Shown one piece after another: positions 62,198 through 64,000 of a stretch of DNA of 64,000 nt. Positions within the stretch are counted from its first letter, which is position 1; each line of letters begins with the position of its first letter. Position numbers and translations under genes: made by a program. The notes below the pieces were generated by a model. It was given only the letters and a program-made list of their open reading frames with translations. It was not told the DNA's origin and made no database searches. The stretch is from positions 3,911 to 67,910 of the forward strand of contig CAVXYL010000013.1 in the NCBI GenBank assembly GCA_963765975.1. The letters run 5' to 3'. Source of the DNA: an uncultured Actinomycetota bacterium. GTDB taxonomy: Bacteria; Actinomycetota; Actinomycetes; Propionibacteriales; Propionibacteriaceae.

Positions 62198-63596
62198 ATG
62201 ACGCTCGTGGCCGGAGTCGATTCTTCGACCCAGTCCGTGAAAGTCGTCGTCTGCGAGTTGGAGACCGGTGCCGTCGTCCGGTCCGCTCGCGCTTCGCATC
62301 CTGACGGCACCGAGGTTTCCGCCGAGGCGTGGTGGACCGCCTACCAGCAGGCCACGGCGGATCCCGCACTGCTGGACGGGGTGGCGGCGCTGGCGGTCGG
62401 TGGTCAGCAACACGGCATGGTCACCCTCGATGATCAGCATGGTCTCGTTCGTGATGCCCTGCTGTGGAACGACAACCGGTCGGCCCCCGACGCCGACGAC
62501 CTGATCGCCGAGCTGGGGGGTGGCCAGGCGTGGGCCGATGCCGTCGGTTCGGTGCCGGTCGCCTCGATGACGGTGTCCAAGCTCCGCTGGCTGGCTCGCG
62601 CGGAACCGGACAACGCGGCGCGTACGGCCTCGGTGGTGCTGCCGCACGACTGGCTGACCTGGCAGATCGGCGGCATGAGCTTCGCACCGACCACCGACCG
62701 CGGGGACGCCTCGGGCACCTGCTACTTCGACGCCACCGCCAACGAGTATCGCCAGGATCTGGTCACCCGGGCTCTCGGGCACGAACTGGAACTGCCGCGC
62801 GTGGCCGCCCCGACCGAGATCATCGGCCACACCCCGGCCGGAGTGGCCCTGGCCGCCGGGACCGGGGACAACATGGCCGCCGGACTCGGCCTCGGGGTGA
62901 TCAGCCGGAGCCGCCGTGGTCTCCCTCGGCACGAGCGGGACGGCGTTCACCCGCAGCACGAGCCAGACCCACGAGCCCACCGGGACGGTGGCCGGATTCG
63001 CGGACGCGACCGGGGAGTTCATGCCCTTGGTCTGCACCCTGAACGGGGCCCGCAACCTGGTGGCCACCGCGCAGGTCCTCGGCGTCGGCCTCGACGAACT
63101 GAGCCGGCTGGCGCTGTCGGCCAGTCCGGGCAGCGACGGGCTGACCTTCATGCCGTACCTCGAGGGCGAGCGCACGCCGCCGTTACCGGACGCCCGGGGC
63201 CAGCTCGTCGGCATGACGCTCCGCAACCTGACCCCGGCCAACCTGGCCCGGGCCGCGGTGGAGGGCGTGCTGTGGAGCCTCGCGTACGGGGTCCAGGTGC
63301 TGCGCGAGCAGATCGGTGAGATCAGCTCGATCACGCTGACCGGCGGCGCTTCGCAGTCCGACGCGGTCCGCAAGATCGCCACGGCGGTGTTCGGTCTGCC
63401 CATCGTGGTGACCGACACCTTCGAAAGCGTCGCGGTCGGCGCGGCCCGGCAGGCCGCCTGGGCGCTGACCGGGTCGCTGCCCGAATGGAGCGTTCCGGTG
63501 CTCAGCCGGCATGACCCGACCCAGGCCGACGAACAGGCCGCAGCCGAGATCGGCGAGCGCTACGGCTCGATTCTGCGGGCGCACTTCGGACACTGA
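62198..63596 (+). CDS. xylB: FGGY carbohydrate kinase, xylulokinase-like (frameshifted)
   Basis: [31 protein letters not shown]. Confidence 0.85.
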
Positions 63597-63665
63597 GGTA
63601 TCGAATCGGCCTGCCGGTGACTCTTCCAAGGGGGCCGGCGACAGCTTGCAGAAGGGAAGGCGTCC

Positions 63666-64000
63666 ATGTGGGCCATCCGCGGTCGGATCGTGGCGATGAC
63701 GCAGGACACCACCGTGGCGCCGAGCGAGTCGGCGGTGTTCACCGGCCGGGTCTGGATCGGTGACGACGGCCGGATCGTCGCCGTGACCGAGGGCCGCTCG
63801 GCCGGCCCGCCGGGTTCTGCAGGGGCGACTGTCGTCGACGTGGGTACGTCGCTGGTCGTTCCGGGCCTCGTCGACCTGCACAATCACCTGGCCTACAACA
63901 CCCTGCCGCTGTGGACCGAGCCCAAGCAGCAGACGCCGTTCCTGCACCACAACTCCTGGACCAAGGCCGACAGCTACTCGAAGGCCACCACCTGGCCCGC
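63666..64000 (+). CDS. amidohydrolase-family protein (runs off the window)
   Basis: PGLVDLHNHLAYN metal-binding motif; not in the ORF track. Confidence 0.75.
   Translation, partial: MWAIRGRIVAMTQDTTVAPSESAVFTGRVWIGDDGRIVAVTEGRSAGPPGSAGATVVDVGTSLVVPGLVDLHNHLAYNTLPLWTEPKQQTPFLHHNSWTKADSYSKATTWP

Overview
GC-rich actinobacterial chromosome segment. Gene content and order suggest Propionibacteriales (Microlunatus/Friedmanniella-like), which is an inference. It is mostly housekeeping: pup-prcBA, ilvBNC with leader-peptide attenuator, ilvD, hisF, tldD/tldE, the pafA-FKBP-pafBC-tatAC-dagK-helY block, and the TPR-HAD-tlyA-ppnK-recN-steAB-pyrG-nudix-ald-xerD-parA-scpAB-rluB block. A sugar-regulator/xylB region lies at the right end. 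About 30 genes, including pyrG and tatC, carry small frameshifts, most likely long-read consensus errors, so many coordinates are joined across frames. No rRNA, tRNA, CRISPR, transposase or prophage was seen. Best leads: (1) a Ser/Thr kinase-TM-LCP fusion; (2) an exact PafBC-type DNA-damage promoter in front of pup-prcBA, which sits without dop next to an inverted copy of the ilvC 3' end; (3) a two-component system flanked by two secreted-protein genes sharing one operator; (4) a Tat-exported tandem haloperoxidase/PAP2 cassette; (5) a steAB-linked MraY-like/MurJ/GT4 glycan pathway; (6) three families of palindromic repeats, one inserted in frame into helY and scpA and one showing stem covariation.
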